Shown piece after piece: positions 13,889-26,529 of a stretch of DNA of 64,000 bases. The stretch covers positions 73,160,001 to 73,224,000 of the forward strand of contig OX597817.1 of NCBI GenBank assembly GCA_951406725.2, given 5' to 3'. The first letter of the stretch is position 1. Each line of letters begins with the position of its first letter. The position numbers and the translations under genes are program-made. Source of the stretch: Octopus vulgaris. Taxonomy: Eukaryota. The notes beneath the pieces were generated by a model. It was given only the letters and a program-made list of their open reading frames with translations, was not told the DNA's origin and searched no databases.

Positions 13889-14115
13889 TTAACCCTTTAG
13901 CATTAAAGCAGACCATATCAGGCCCAATATTCTAGCTGTTTTATGTTCAAACCAACTTGATCCAGCCTCTCACACTTATCTGACAATGTCATTCTAATAC
14001 TAAACAATCACGCCATTGAAATCTCAAAGTTATGAGTTAATACATGATTAATTCAAAACAATGTGAATAAATAAGCAGAACATTTGACGGAATAATCTCA
14101 ATGCCAAAGAGTTAA
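13889..14115 (+). mobile_element. piggyBac-type MITE (TTAA TSD)
   Basis: TTAA-ccctttagcatt ... aatgccaaagag-TTAA. Other family members at about 20170-20345, 21820-21850 and 60445-60670. Confidence 0.85.
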
Positions 14116-14783
14116 ACAGCAACTACAAAGTTCTTATTCCACTATTCTCACCTAATTACCTAATCTGAACCTTTGATTTTTTTTTTTATAGATTTGCCCA
14201 TAGCGACATGTATATCATATATATTCTAGACTAAATAAGCAGATCAAAGATGTTACAACTGGGACCACCTTGGTCTTTTGTTCACATGCAGGATTTCATT
14301 ATTTAATGTATTTATTTTTTATAAGAGTGTAGTGATATGAAGTAGTTGTTGGTTGCTGTTTCTAGCAAGTCAAGTCACCATATAGCAGTTTCCTTGTTGA
14401 ATCAAACTGGTGAGTGGGCAATCAAAATTGAGAAAAGGCCAGTAATATTATATGTGTGTGTATATTGTTTTCTTTCACCTGCTTTTCTCATGGATTAAAT
14501 GAATTACTGAGGCAGTATTCTATGGCTGGACATTGTTGGTTGCCAGTCCTTGTTTTTCAAGTAAGAGAATGGTACATTTTTATATCTCCTGGCAACAGTG
14601 TACCTGGTTAGTTAATTTCATTTAAAGACCAGTGGAATAAAAATATTTTACTTCAAGGATAAGGATTGGTAACAGGAAGACTATATACCATCTCAAAAAC
14701 ACTAGTCTAATCCATATCTGCACAGAAAAGGAAATTACTGATTTGTGTATACACACACATCCACAAATTATATTTTTACACAG

Positions 14784-14834
<51 letters not shown>

Positions 14835-16880
14835 ATACATACATACTTACACGTGTGTATTTGGACATTAAATGTGAAGTTTGTTAATATATGCTATTTG
14901 TTGGTTCTAGCAATTTGTTTCTGATTATTGTTCATATATGGCAGTGTCTGTGGTTATCTGTGTTGATTAGTTTAATTTATCTGTATTATACATTTTTTGG
15001 TTTATCATTGTAGGTGTTTAGTGTTGATTGGGTAATTATTGGTTTTTGTAATGTATTTAATTGAATTTTGTGTTGCAATGTAACTGGGTTACAGGTAGTT
15101 AAGCTTGTAATTATGATCTGGGTGCAAACTGTTTGGATTGTATATTCCCAGGCAGTGTTGGATCATGTTTTACAGCTGACAACAGAAGTGGTGATCTTGC
15201 CTGTAGGTGTTGAAATTGAACTGATATCCATTAGGCTGCTGAAGAGGGAATTCCCAGTTTTGTTGACTTTATTCCTTAGTTGTTTATGTCTCTAACATTA
15301 TCTGATTGTTTGAGTACAATGTTTTTGTATATATGGTTCTTTATATGTTTTAATGTGGCATTCTGAAATTTGTTCATGGTGTCTATCTGCAGAGTTGCGT
15401 TTTTGTATAAGTTACAAAGTTAAACATTTGATTCTGGAACTGTCAGAGATTCTCAATTAGTTTATTTCATACATTTTTGGATTGTACTGGTTTAGGTTAT
15501 TTAATAGTTTTTAGGTGCAAGTTAAGACATTGTCTGTTAATTTAATTTTATAGGAAAATGCATTGCTCGCTTGTGCGGGCACACACACTCGGCTGTTTAA
15601 TCTATTGTTCTATTATTTTTCCTGCCATTCCACCAACTTGAGGTGATAATAATGATATATTAATAATATATAATTATTATTATTATTATAATATGAAATA
15701 TTTTCTTTGTTTGCCAAAAGAATATCACATAAAATATCAATAATAAAGCAAGCTTGAATGACTAAAATATTTTCAGGTTTTTCATCTTATTGAAATATAT
15801 CCTAAAAACTTTTATTAGGTTTTCTTTTTTTTCTTCTTTTTTTTCCTTTTATATTTCGTGTGCAATATCTTTCTCTCTTCCTATTCATCACAGATAAATT
15901 TTAATTTAAAAGATAAAACTCAGTACTGAAAAGAAAAATACATGAAAAAATATATATATAATTCAGTAGTTGCTAGCTAGTTCAATTGATTTTCATGAGT
16001 ATCTGGTTTATTGGCTGGTTGTGGGTGATGCACAACACATGCTATTGATATAATAAGAAGTGTAATCTGTTAAGTCCATTACAGTATAGTGTTACTATTC
16101 TGGTATAACTTGCTGTAAGTATCAGATGTATGCATATGGTGTGTTTGCATGTGTATGTACATGTATGCTTCTTTCAAAGAATAATATTGATAAAAACTCA
16201 AATTATATGCAGTTTTAAGTAGTCTGTTTGTTACATATTGCCTAACCATATGTGGTAGTTGTTCTTTAGCCCTGGGAAATCCCAACTAAGTAGACCTTCG
16301 ATCATACGTAGTCTTGTTGTGAGCATTATATCATATTCTGAGGCAGTATATGTAGGATTACATTCAACAATGTATCCCACTGATTTTTAGAAAGATGCTA
16401 AGGTGTGATTTGAGGGAAACCTGGCTGCTAATTTGAAATAAGTCATATGACCACAGACCACATAGAAGCACCATTTTGGTTCATATATATTCCTGTGGCA
16501 TAATTCTAGTTGGCTTTTCTTTCTTTGATGCTGTTTCATGTTGCTTAATATTCTGTGTTTGTGTTTGTTTAGCACAACTACTAGGACACTTAAAAAGAGA
16601 AGAGAAAATGTATTATATGGAAACGTTATTTCATATGCTCTCTCACTCATAAGAAAGAGACCTCATAATAATAAATTATAAACCTTGAAGCAGTTCTCTC
16701 TCCTTAAAGGGAATCTTTGTTTCCCCCTCTATTGCTTAGTAAAATTTCTTTCCCCCCCCCCCCTAGTAACTGTAGGAGGTAGCAACAACAACCACAGTCA
16801 AATTTTCCCATTATATTTTCCTTCTCTGCTAATTACTTATTTGCCTATGCATTAATCTTCCCTTCTTGGTTTTGTGCTAG

Positions 16881-16947
16881 TTTGTTGGAGTGGACTGTGA
16901 TAGCATCTGCTTGCTCTGCTGACTGACTGCACAGCAAATTACAAGGA
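16881..16947 (+). other. Exon-like unit with stops in all three frames (candidate poison or non-coding exon)
   Basis: About 80-nt AG-free pyrimidine-rich run with gctaat (16828-16833), acceptor ttttgtgctag, donor GGA|gtgagt. TGA stops at 16898, 16920 and 16924 cover all frames. Confidence 0.5.
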
Positions 16948-17934
16948 GTGAGTATAGATGCAAACATGTTTGCATGGTTAAGAAGTTTATTTCACAGTCA
17001 TTGGGGACCAGAGTTTGATACCATTGTGTGGCATCATAAACAAGTCTTCTCACATAGCTTCCCCTTGATGAATGGAATGGCTACTTAGGTCACTAACTGA
17101 CTGGGTTTACTGAAATAATCTTGATTAACACTACATTATTTATCTATCATCTTCTTCTAATAATAGCCATCATCACCATCACCATTGCTTTCTTTCATTG
17201 TAATTCAAAAAGCTACCTTTGTCACACTAATTCTGGCGGAGTATTACATTAAGGATGCAAGCATCTGGAATACTCAGCCAACATTAATTCAATGAGTGAG
17301 ATAGTTCAGTTGATTGAATAACTGGAATACTCCTTGTCAAAACTGATGGACATCCATTTAGAAGGAGTAAATGACTAACTGACCAGAATTTAATTTTTGA
17401 TGCTTATCACATTTGGCATTTATCATTTTGATTGCATTATCTGAAACCAGTATTGCCAAGTCCTTAGAATTAGGCATTTAAAAGAGAATCACCAACAACT
17501 CAGTTAGCCATCACTATGACAGTTAGCTTATTTATTCAACCACTCTGTACATGTACCTAGGTAAAAAAAAAATAATAATTCTTACCACACAGCCACAACT
17601 GTAAACCCCATTATTGTATGCAATCACAACACACATGAAGCAAATACATACTGTACATACATTACGAAATGGCTATATACTTCCATAGTGGTATGAATAC
17701 TCATAAGTGAAACATTAACTGTCCTAAAAGTACTGACCATTTTTCAAAATGATCTGCCTGCTATCTTTCTGTCTCTCATAAAGCTTATTTCTTTGTTCTA
17801 CCTTCTGTTCACACCATAACACACTGCTACAATATACAGTGTAATTGTAACATATTAATAACACTTTTATTGTTATTATGATCTGCTATAACATCCTACA
17901 TTTATTTAACTACAGATCAGCTCTGGTTGAACAC

Positions 17935-18260
17935 TTACAAAGACCTTTCAGCAGTAATCATCCCATCTTTTCTTTTTAGTCATACTGTATCCAATACTAT
18001 TACATTATTTAATGTGTCCTTTAAAGATTGTAGGTGTGATTTGAGGGAGAATTGATTGTTATTACTAGTAGAACAAGCAACCACAATGCAGGCTCCTTTA
18101 CAAAGACCTTTCAGCAGTAATCATCCCATCTTTTCTTTTTAGTTATTCTGTATCCAATACTATTACATTATTTAATGTGTCCTCTAAAGATTATAGGTAT
18201 GATTTGAGGGAGAATTGATTGTTAATACTAGTAGAACAAGCAACCACAATGTAGGCTCCT
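17935..18260 (+). repeat. Tandem duplication of a ~163-bp SINE fragment
   Basis: ttacaaagacctttcagcagtaatcatccc...gaacaagcaaccacaatg.aggctccttt occurs twice back to back (about 17935 and 18098). Confidence 0.9.
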
Positions 18261-18364
18261 TTGTTGTCTATGACAGATTTCTCCAATGCCACCACCTTCC
18301 AGAAAACTTTTTAATGAACTACTAAAACATCTATCCAGGGACTTGATATCAAATTTATAAATAA

Positions 18365-18748
18365 CTAGCAGTATCGCCCGGCGTTGCTCGGGTTTGTAAG
18401 GGAAATAACTATAAAGCATTTTTAGAGAGTTATAGCCAAAAAATAGCAAAAAAATGGGGGAAAAAATGATGGTAAATTTTGTTTTGATAGTTAAAAAGGT
18501 CGAGTTGCGTCCCCTAGACCATCTGTGGTTTGTTTCTGATTGTCGACCCCATGTCGAATTTATCGATCTTTTTCAGAACTGGGGGAACTTTTCAAAATTT
18601 TCGCTGCGTTAGTTTTGAATTATGACATTGGGCTATGTGTGTGTCAAGTTTCATCAGAATCGGTTGAAAGCCGTGGTCAGAGTGAGGGTACAACCAAACA
18701 GACACACAGAAACACACACAGACAAACTGCCGTTTATATAGAGAGAGA
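18365..18748 (-). mobile_element. Non-autonomous Helitron (384 bp)
   Basis: Minus strand starts TCtctctctatataaacggc and ends with the GC hairpin cccgagcaacgccggg followed by atactgCTAG. Inserted between A and T. CpG-rich, so probably young. Confidence 0.9.
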
Positions 18749-19896
18749 TATAGGGATCATAAAGCATTTGTTTTTGTTGGAGAAAAAGTTATAGTTCCCC
18801 TCCCCCACTCCTGAGATAGTGCATGCTAACTATTATTACATTTGGTAATCATTTCTCAAAATTCCACATTTGTACAAATTTATTTTTTGCATGTATATAC
18901 ATTCTTGTATGTGTGTTCACGTAATCAAGAATGTATTCACTTTAACCCATGCTTAACACAGGAACCTGCATGAAATCAATCGTTTAATGATGTTAAAATT
19001 TAAATTCATATATTGGACTAAAAACTCATTATTATATGAATGTTAATATTTAATTTATATAAGTAAATTTTGCTTTTTATTAAGTTGAGAGATCCCTATA
19101 CTTTTGTGTTCAAATCATTCCTGGTCCTGTTTTACTTTGCCCCATAGTGTTCTATGAACTAATGTTGCCATTTATCATTCCACATCAGTGGCACATGAAA
19201 AGCACCCAGCTCACTGTTAAGCGTTTGGCATTAGAAAGGGCATCCAGTCATAGAAACCATGCCACAACAGACAGTTGGGGTCTGGACAGCTCCCTGCTAG
19301 CCAGCTCCCTATCAAACCATCCAACCCATGTCAGCATGGAAAACAGACGTTAAATGATGATGATGTTTTTCTCTAGTACTGCTATGTCCTGCTTTCTTCT
19401 GCAGTTAGTAATAATTTGTACCAGCAATATGCTGGTTCAGTCTAATTGATTATATCTTGTTCCTAAAAAATGTAGTTCTTGGTGTCTAGTCAAAAGAAAC
19501 TCACATATGTTATCAGGTAGATAAGGTTTTATGTCTAGAAGATAACTTCTACGGTGTCTATATTTTGACGGCTGACAGTAATAGCATCATGCTATTATTA
19601 GATGATAAACTGGGACATCCTCATAAAAATAGTCTTCAAACTTGATATGCATAAGAAAGTATTGAATTTAAGATCTGTCTAACCCATGCCAACATGGAAG
19701 AAACAGATCTGAAAACCAATCTTCCTGATAATAGTGGTGGAGATGTTCATGCTGCTGATGTTAGTCGTAATGATTATTATTATTATTATTATTGTTATTG
19801 TTACCACATATCAGGATAATGTTATGTAGTAGAGATAACGATGTTATTATGTGAAACGACAAGCTGTCAGTTATTATTAGTTATGAAGCTGGTTTC

Positions 19897-20180
19897 ACAG
19901 ATTTCTCCAACACCACCACCTTCCAGAAAACTTTTTTTAATGAACTACTAAAACATCTATTAAGGGACTTGACATCAGATTTATAATATAGAGATCGTAA
20001 AGCATTTGTTTTTGTTGGATAAAAAGTTAGTTCCCCTCCCCACCCCTGAGATAGTGCATGTTAACTATTACATTTAGTAATCATTTCTCAAAATTCCACA
20101 TTTGTATCAATTTATTTTATACATGTACATACATTATTGTATGTGTACACATAATTAAGAATGTATTCACTTTACCCCAT
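19897..20180 (+). repeat. Local direct duplicate of 18273-18364 + 18749-18950 (Helitron-free copy)
   Basis: cagatttctccaa..ccaccaccttccagaaaac through aagaatgtattcacttta.cccat is shared, with scattered substitutions. Confidence 0.9.
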
Positions 20181-21096
20181 TAGTATTTAAACCAGCCAGA
20201 TCCAGCCTCTCATGCTTACCCTGCAATGTCATTCTAAAAATAAAGAATCACATCAAAATCCCGAAGCTATGTGATAATGCATGATTAATTTAAAACAATG
20301 TAAATAAATAAGCATTACATTTAACAGGATAATCTGAATGCTAAACCATACCAACAAATACGTATTTCTGCTATATTTACTTCGTAATTCATTAACTGTT
20401 AATTTGGTAAGCAATAAAAAAAGTTATTTTGGTAAAGGAGACAGAAAAGTAGGTCCAGAAATTTTTTAATAAAATACCAGTTATTGTAACATTATTTTTT
20501 CTTGCCTATTACATATTTATTTGTAATTGGGTTTTAATTTGACTGAGTAATCTGCATCTTAAAGGGTTAACATAAACATATGCACCTACAGGATGGAAAA
20601 CTTTTCCTCAGTGGTACACCTGCACTTTTTTCTTTCTCTTTAACTGTTTCCATTCTCTCCTCACACAATCCTGCTGAAATAAATACCACAATTCCCATTC
20701 CTTGAAATGTTAAAAGTTAAGCTTCATGTGTACTTGGAGAAAGTAACTGAAAATTACTCTATTATTTACTAGACAGCACTGCTTGAGTTCTGGCAGCACT
20801 TTGGAATATTTCTTCAGACATGGAAGGGTGGATGTTACTTTTCCATTTTTATTCCTTTATGAAAATGAGTTATTTTCTTGAGCTATCTTGAGTATGGCAA
20901 AACTACCATCATGTTTCTCTTATGAATAATGGTTTGTTCGTTTTGTTGATTCTATGTTTCTGAGAGTTTACCTTGCCACTTCATAAAATGTGTTTGTTAG
21001 TCAATGATATATTTTAGTATTAGCAATATAGGTTTTTTTTTTTTAGTTAACCAACTCCTAATAAAAAAAAAAGTATGTGTAAGATAAACAATATTA

Positions 21097-21800
21097 TACA
21101 CAGTATTCAGCTAAATTTGACAGTTTGCATGAAAGTAAAAGTAAACACATTATCCCATCAAAAAAATATCAACTTGATTAAGGCTGGGAGGTAATATTTT
21201 ACTCAAAGTAGCCACTCTTTGCTTCCACCTCAGCCTCAAGATGCCTCAGAACCTGGCAGAAGTGTTCCTTTCTGTGTCCCTGTAAAGATCTTCAAACGCC
21301 TTTTTGACTGTGGCCACCAGCTCAGCCTTGGTGTTGCAGGTAGAGGGGTTGAATCATTCTAAACCACTCTCCACACCTAGTAATCCATGAGATTACAATT
21401 GGAGGATAAGAAGACCAGAAATTGGAGCTGCTGATATCATAGAAATTCTCCAACAATCACCCTTGACTCTTTCTGGAAGCAAGACAAGAAGATGAATCCT
21501 ACTGCCACACATGGCCTTCCAGCATCAACCCTTTCCAGCCAGGGTTTGACCAGTCTCCAGCAGCTTCACATAGCTGTCTGAATTGAGCCTAAGGCCCTGG
21601 CATGCTGATGCAGTCAGAACCCCTGATGTGTCCCTTTTTGCTGACCACAGCTTTGTAGTCCCTATTGCAACTTGTAGTCCCTATTGCAACTGTCCATGTT
21701 ATGCCTTTACAATGTTCACAGAGCATTGAACAGTAGTTCTGATGTTGGCATTTTGATACCTGGCACAAATTATCTTTTCCAATATTCAGATGACTTTCAG
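21097..21800 (-). mobile_element. Decayed Tc1/mariner-superfamily (maT-like) transposase remnant
   Basis: Minus strand retains FW..S.NCNLMDY*VW and WQ*DSS-like motifs (expected SPDxNPxDY and WQQDSAP). Frames are broken. Confidence 0.55.
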
Positions 21801-23400
21801 TCCTTTATGTTGGCTTCTTTTTAACCCTTTAGTATTTAAACTGGCCGAATAACAACATTTTATTCAATCTGCTTGTTGATCAATTATACACATAAGTGGG
21901 TTTTTTCAGTTTGTACAGTTGAGTAAAGGTGTAATTGAATAAAACCCATGCTTCAAATAAGCAATTCTGTTTACCTTGTATGTGGCAGCAACTCTACTGA
22001 CAAGAGTTCACTGATCACTTTTTAAGTTTTTTGTATCACAAAATATACAAAAACTCATATAATATATGTATGCATTCTATTGTTGTTGTTTACCTCTCCC
22101 CAATAAATTTATGTCGGGCCAATGAGGGCAGTTATTGTTATTGGTATTATCTGCTAGATAAGTTTCTATGTTCACTCTGCCTCTCCCCACTTCTATTTTT
22201 TGGTGGAAAAACATGAACAGAACTGCTTTTTATTTCCATTCTTGGATTCTTTTAACACTGCTCGTCAAAAAGTCATTTAAAATAATAAATATGCAGACAG
22301 TATATTTGACACATGGTGTACTTGTTTGTATTGTATTGTAATGTGTTTTGTTTTGTTTTCTTTTTGGCTCTGTAGCAAATGAGAATATATTTTCATAGTG
22401 TCTGGTACAAAAATAAAATAAATGGTATGCTCCATGCAGTCTACAACAGTTTCAATTTTCAGTTAATAATGTTAGACTAAAAATCTCAAGTCTTTGCTTT
22501 TTGTTTTTTGTCCCAGACTCAAAACTGATAATCATCTGTCATCATCATTATTATTTGTTGTGCTGAACTGAATAACTTACAGCATCAAGTTTCTTCCCTC
22601 TTGGTTCTGAGTTCAAATCTCAGCATTGTCAAATTCACATTTTATGCATTGAGGATCACTAAACTAATATACTTGCTTAAATCAGCTAAACATTTTCTCC
22701 AGTCAAGAGAAACAGAACTTTTGCTATTTGGTTATATCCTTTAATTTTCTGAGATTCAGATCTTGCTTGGGTCGTCTTTACCATTACATTCACAAGAATC
22801 CATAAAATAATTACTTGTCATACACTGAGATTGATTCAGTTAACTCTGCACTTTGTGGCCTTTTGATGAAGTACTACCAACAATATCCAGTTATGTTCCC
22901 ATATATTTTGAAATCAAACCCTGTTAGGATCAGCTTTTCCTTTTGTGCCACTGAGGTCAATGAAAGTCAAGTACTGAGGTCAGTAAAATCATCTCTACTT
23001 TCTTCCAAAATGTATGCTTGTGCCTTTATTATATTATTATTATTAATAATAATGATGAACGGGCAAATATGTTCCCTGTAGAGAAAGATTTCTGATTTAC
23101 TTGTATTTGAAGAGAAAGTTATTTAAATCATAATTTGTCTAGGAATGGGTGTTTGTTTTTAGAATTAACCATATAATAATAATTATCTAATTAATTTAGT
23201 GCACCTCTAATTAAGAAGTGTGTTTATCTTAACTATCTGATGGATAGTTGCCATTGTGATGTAATAACAAACTTCTGAGTGATGAGTACAAGTATGGTAA
23301 TTTAGATTAATTGTAACAGAGCATATCTTTGTATATATACTCCCTGCTGTCCTTGTGAATTGATTGTGCTGCTTACATTCAATGAACCTTTATATGTAGC

Positions 23401-23713
23401 TCTTTTACTCTTTTACTTGTTCCAGTCATTTGACTGCGGCCATGCTGGAGCACCGCTAAGTGATGGGGACGTAAACACACCAGCATTGGTTGTCAAGCAA
23501 TGCTAGGGGGGCAAACACAGACACACAAACAAACACACATATATATATACGACAGGCTTCTTTCAGTTTCTGTCTACCAAATCCACTCACAAGGCATTGG
23601 TCGGCCCGGGGCTATAGCAGAAGACACTTGCCCAAGATGCCACGCAGTGGGTCTGAACCCGGAACCATGTGGTTGGTTAGCAAGCTACTTACCACACAGC
23701 CACTCCTGCGCCT
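23401..23713 (-). mobile_element. Young tRNA-derived CORE-like SINE with internal deletion
   Basis: Near-identical to the reverse complement of 58562-58937 but lacking about 80 bp between two GCGGT copies. Confidence 0.9.
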
Positions 23714-24132
23714 ATTTCATTTGGTTTCAAATGTACACTACTTGCTAGGTGTATAAGAAAATTCCTGGACCAGATTTTAAACAAACAAAAAAATACACCA
23801 GTAAATAATGTATTTCAGATGTTATTTATATTTGAGCACCATTCCTTTTGAAATAGTTCTCCTTGAGAAAGCACACTGCAGTCTCAGTATATCTTTCATG
23901 TCTCAAAAGCACCACAGAAATCATGTTCCTGAATATTGCCTGTGATTTCATTTGAATTTCATTCACCATCTTAAAGCAGCACTATTTACCAGTGTATACT
24001 TATCACTGGAATACTTTGTATGCAGGTGATCATGGATAAGGTGGTTGCTCATCTGAATGGAAAGTGACTCTATCGTCTGTTATTGTTGATTAATATTAGT
24101 TGTTCAATCAACTGAGCTGCGTATTCATTGAA

Positions 24133-24360
24133 TTAACCCTTTAGCATTCAGATTACTCCGTCTAATACAATGCCTATTTATTCTCATTGTTTTCAATTAA
24201 TCGTACATTATTTTGTGGCTTTGAGATTTTGATGATGCATTTGTTTCCTTTTTGAATGACATTGTAGGGTAGGTGGTAAAGGCCTAACCTAGTCAGTTTC
24301 AACACAAAACAGGTAGAATTTTGGTGCCTAGTATGGCTGGTTTGAATGCTAAAGAGTTAA
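24133..24360 (-). mobile_element. piggyBac-type MITE (TTAA TSD)
   Basis: TTAA-ccctttagcattca ... tgaatgctaaagag-TTAA; opposite orientation to 13889-14115. Confidence 0.88.
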
Positions 24361-24398
24361 GCATCAGTAACTGCATTATGGTTGAATTGGCCCTTTGA

Positions 24399-25594
24399 AT
24401 TACAGCCACACAGATATACTTTAATAGCAAAACACTAAACAGCATTGCTTCTCTCCTCACACAGTTACACATAAAACATAAACAGACCCACACACATATA
24501 TACATACCCATACATAGACACACATCCATTTATGCCCATATACACATATAAATATATATGCATCACATGCAGTCTGATGATCAGAAGTGAAATTCAGATA
24601 ATTAGATGCAAGGTGCCTGCTATCATAAGCATAACTCCCATCTCTTGGTATTGAATATGGTTTGAACTGTTCACCTGTACCTATGTACACTACACACATA
24701 CACATATTACACTCACATAGCACAAATTCATTGAGTTTTCATATAGTTTCTGTTTACCCAGTTTCATTCACAATGCTGTGGCTATGGTCCATGCCTGCTC
24801 TGTACTGCATGTATATAAATGCAGACAGCTAGACAGACATCAAATTGTAAGTAGATACCAATGAAGTATAATTTGTAAAAAGTTCATCCCAAAATTCCAA
24901 TTTTTCCTCTCTGTTTTTGGAACTGAGTGTAATTACATTGTATATTGTTTTCTGTATAATGGTCAAATGAAATAATCGACTGTAGCGTTTGGAATAGCAT
25001 GTTCATGTTCTGAAATTTAAAAAGCAAAAAACGATTTAATCGTTGGATAGGCATAGTCACTTGCTACAAATAGCAGCCAAAGATTCTTCAACTTACATCA
25101 TATCATTAAAAAACAACTGCCACTTAAACACTTGTTGAAGTCACATATGTACTTACAAGTTATAAAAATGTGTGTTCAGGTCTCTGGTAATCTTTCAGAC
25201 TGAATTTGCATATTTTGTCATCGTGATTTTGCATATATTTCTATTTTTAGAATTAATTATTAATGAGGAGCATATCAAAAATAGTTGCACGTGTGGTATG
25301 TGAGTGTAATATGTGTATGTGTGTAGTGTACATAGGTACAGGTGAAAAGTTCAAACCATATTCAATGGCAAGAGATGGGAGTTATGCTTATGACAGCAGG
25401 CACTTTGCATCTAATTATTTGAATTTCTCTCGTAATGATCAGATGGCATGTGCATGAATGGGTGTGTGTGTGTGTGTGGGTTTGTATATGTTTGTGTGTG
25501 TGTGGGGGGGGGGTATGTTTTATGTGTAACTGTGTGAGGAGAGAAGCAGCATTGTTTAGTGTTTTGCTATTAAAGTATATCTGTTTGGCTGAAT
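24399..25594. repeat. Inverted duplication with ~300-bp arms (24399-24723 / 25293-25594)
   Basis: The arms are reverse complements; track ORFs 24457..24723(-) and 25263..25457(+) give near-identical spurious peptides. Spacer about 570 bp. Confidence 0.92.
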
Positions 25595-26425
25595 GAATCT
25601 CTAGTCTTCTTCCTCCCCTCTTCTGAATTAACTTGTTGAAATCCTGTGGCATCTGTAAATCATACTGCAAATCTGTATTTGATTACACTGAAAAATTTTA
25701 AATGGCTACATTACATAATACAAAAAAAATAACAATTTTTACGTATTTATTTATTTTTAATTAATTTATTTTCTACCCTGAATTCACAATAGGTGCACAA
25801 ATCAGTGTTTCATTTCTTGCTTTTAGTAATGCTGCTGTTGTTGTTGCTACTGTTATTATTTACAACCCAACAAATGACTTTCATGAAATTAATTAAAATG
25901 CAGCTGATGATCTCTAACAATATATGTTCTTTCTTTTTCTTTTTTCTTCAATATAACAAGTTAATGATTTAAACTCATGAAATGGTACATGTTTATTTTT
26001 TTCTTTGATTTTTCATTTGTAGATTTATATGCTCTTAGTAGATGTAACAATTACATTTCTTTTTGTTTTTGCTGTAGGTTTTGTTTTTTTATTTCTTTTT
26101 CAACATATTCCATGTTGAGAGAAATGCATTAGTATTTGTTGGTATTTGTAAAATTAATAGCTACCACAAAAATAGCCTTTTAAATGTTAATTTTAACTCA
26201 GTTCTATTAATCCAGCTGCAAGCTTGTTATTTGTCTAGTCTGTTCACAGTAAAAAGATATAATTTACCTGACTCTAATAACATTTCTTAGTTTAACTTTT
26301 TCCCTTTTTTTATATATAGTTTTATATAAATACTTAAAGGTGTTGGTGTTTGGCTCTAGGTTGGACCTGATCATAAATCACAAACACAACCTATGATTGA
26401 AAGCATTCTTGTTCCAACTATGGAC

Positions 26426-26529
<104 letters not shown>

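Noticed and set aside
14880-15550. T/G-skewed block, possibly a retroelement remnant (similar case at about 26970-27480)
   Set aside because: No diagnostic motif could be read with confidence, so it is left unannotated.
24457-25457. Two near-identical small ORFs (CECNMCMCVVYIGTGE...) on opposite strands
   Set aside because: They result from the inverted duplication and TG-rich sequence. The YIG is not in a GIY-YIG context and there are no splice signals.
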